Assembly: GCA_963727485.1 (NCBI GenBank) | Contig: CAVSGM010000001.1 | Location: 384,001 to 448,000 of the forward strand | Reading direction: 5' to 3' | Source: an uncultured delta proteobacterium | GTDB taxonomy: Bacteria; Myxococcota; Myxococcia; SLRQ01 | DNA length: 64,000 nucleotides | In this document: one piece after another, positions 62,947 to 64,000 of the stretch | Layout: each line of letters opens with the position of its first letter | How positions within the stretch are numbered: the stretch's first letter is position 1 | Made by a program: the position numbers and the translations under genes | Notes under the pieces: model-generated | What the model was told of the DNA's origin: nothing | The model's input: only the letters and a program-made list of their open reading frames with translations | The model's database searches: none

Positions 62947-64000
62947 TCCTCGAGATCACCCACCTCGGCGCCGACGGCGCCGGCCGCGCCCAGGGACCGG
63001 ACGGCGCCGAGCTCCGCGTCGCCCGCACCGCCCCCGGCGACCGGGTCGAGGCCCGCCCCGACGGCCCGGGCTGGGCGGCGGTGGAGGCCGTCCTCGCGCC
63101 CGGCCCCGACCGGGTCGCCGCCCCCTGCCCACACTTCGATCGGGGCTGCGGGGGCTGCCACCTCCAGCACCTCGCCCCCGCGGCCCAGCGGGCCCACAAG
63201 CGCCGGGTGGTCGCCGGGATCCTCGGGGTCGAGGCGCCGTGGCTCGTCCTGCGCCACTTCCAGCCCCCGGCCGGGCGCCTCGCCGACCGCCAGCGGGGCC
63301 GGATGCAGGCCGACGACGGGCGCCTGGGCTTCCATCGCCGGGCGAGCCGCGCCCTCCTCGAGGTCGACGACTGCCCCCTCTTCGGCGCCGAGCTCGCCCG
63401 GGCCGTCGCCGAGGTCCGGGCCGCGCTCCCCCGGGCCACCGCGGGGGTGGAGGTCTTCGCCGCCGCCGACGGCACCTACGACGTCCGCTTCGACCCCCGC
63501 ACCGCCAAGGTCGCGGGCCTCCCGCGCCTCGGGGCCCGCTGGGTCCGGGAGGCGGGGCTGTGGCACCAGCCCGGGGCCTTCGCCCAGGCCGACCGCACCG
63601 GCGTGCGCCTGCTGGTGCGCACCGTCCTCGAGGCCACCGCCGGCGCCGCCGGCCCGGTGCTGGAGCTCGGGGCCGGCATCGGCACCCTGACCCTGCCGCT
63701 GGCGGGCCGCTTCGGCGCCGTCACCGCCGTGGAGCTCCCGGGCCCGGGCTTCGACGCCGGGGTGCGCAACGCCGCCGGCCACCCGGGGATCCGCCACCGC
63801 CACGCGCCGGTCGGGGGGCACCCCCTGGTGGTCGCCGATCCTCCCCGGGGGGGCTTCGGCGGGCGCCTGGCCCCGGCGCTCCCCGGGGCCCGGGACGTGG
63901 TCCACGTGGCCTGCGGCTACCGGGGCCTCGCCACCGACGCCGCCGTTCTCCGGGAGGCGGGCTTCGAGCTTCGCGCCGGGTGGGTCCTCGACCTCTTCCC
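62943..64000 (+). CDS. RNA m5U methyltransferase (RlmD/TrmA family), truncated by the window end
   Basis: TRAM-like start, CPHFDRGCGGC Fe-S motif, FAQAD, VLELGAGIG, ADPPRGG, HVAC, DLFP. Confidence 0.85.
   Translation, partial: MILEITHLGADGAGRAQGPDGAELRVARTAPGDRVEARPDGPGWAAVEAVLAPGPDRVAAPCPHFDRGCGGCHLQHLAPAAQRAHKRRVVAGILGVEAPWLVLRHFQPPAGRLADRQRGRMQADDGRLGFHRRASRALLEVDDCPLFGAELARAVAEVRAALPRATAGVEVFAAADGTYDVRFDPRTAKVAGLPRLGARWVREAGLWHQPGAFAQADRTGVRLLVRTVLEATAGAAGPVLELGAGIGTLTLPLAGRFGAVTAVELPGPGFDAGVRNAAGHPGIRHRHAPVGGHPLVVADPPRGGFGGRLAPALPGARDVVHVACGYRGLATDAAVLREAGFELRAGWVLDLF

Overview
This is a very GC-rich bacterial chromosomal segment, most likely Myxococcota/Deltaproteobacteria. That call rests on DUF4388 proteins, a TIGR02266/PilZ-like-Hsp70 fusion, a TIGR02265-like protein and a Cys-rich repeat lipoprotein. 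About 57 genes can be read. They include housekeeping genes (sppA, dusB, recX, bamD, alaS, gshA/gshB, an RlmD/TrmA-type methyltransferase), a TetR-controlled LolA-like/ABC/beta-barrel export operon, and a minus-strand run of MarR, ablB, amidohydrolase, redoxin, multiheme cytochrome and LysM transglycosylase. There is also a sedolisin-like protease with four PPC domains, a Na/Ca exchanger with a P-type ATPase, and a PadR-DUF1048-ABC cassette. I found no rRNA, tRNA, CRISPR array, IS element or prophage. Many single-base frameshifts, densest at about 30.9-39.9 kb and including the essential alaS, point to uncorrected sequencing indels. The best candidates for something undescribed are (i) a ~290-nt structured leader with mutually exclusive stems in front of a secreted His/Lys-rich Asr-like protein, (ii) a redoxin coupled to a degenerate 5'-nucleotidase-fold/CGC/tetraheme lipoprotein, (iii) an ablB-amidohydrolase unit lacking ablA under a MarR operator, and (iv) a receiver-DUF4388-J(HTD)-TPR protein and a PilZ-like-Hsp70. 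All family assignments are by motif recognition, not database search.
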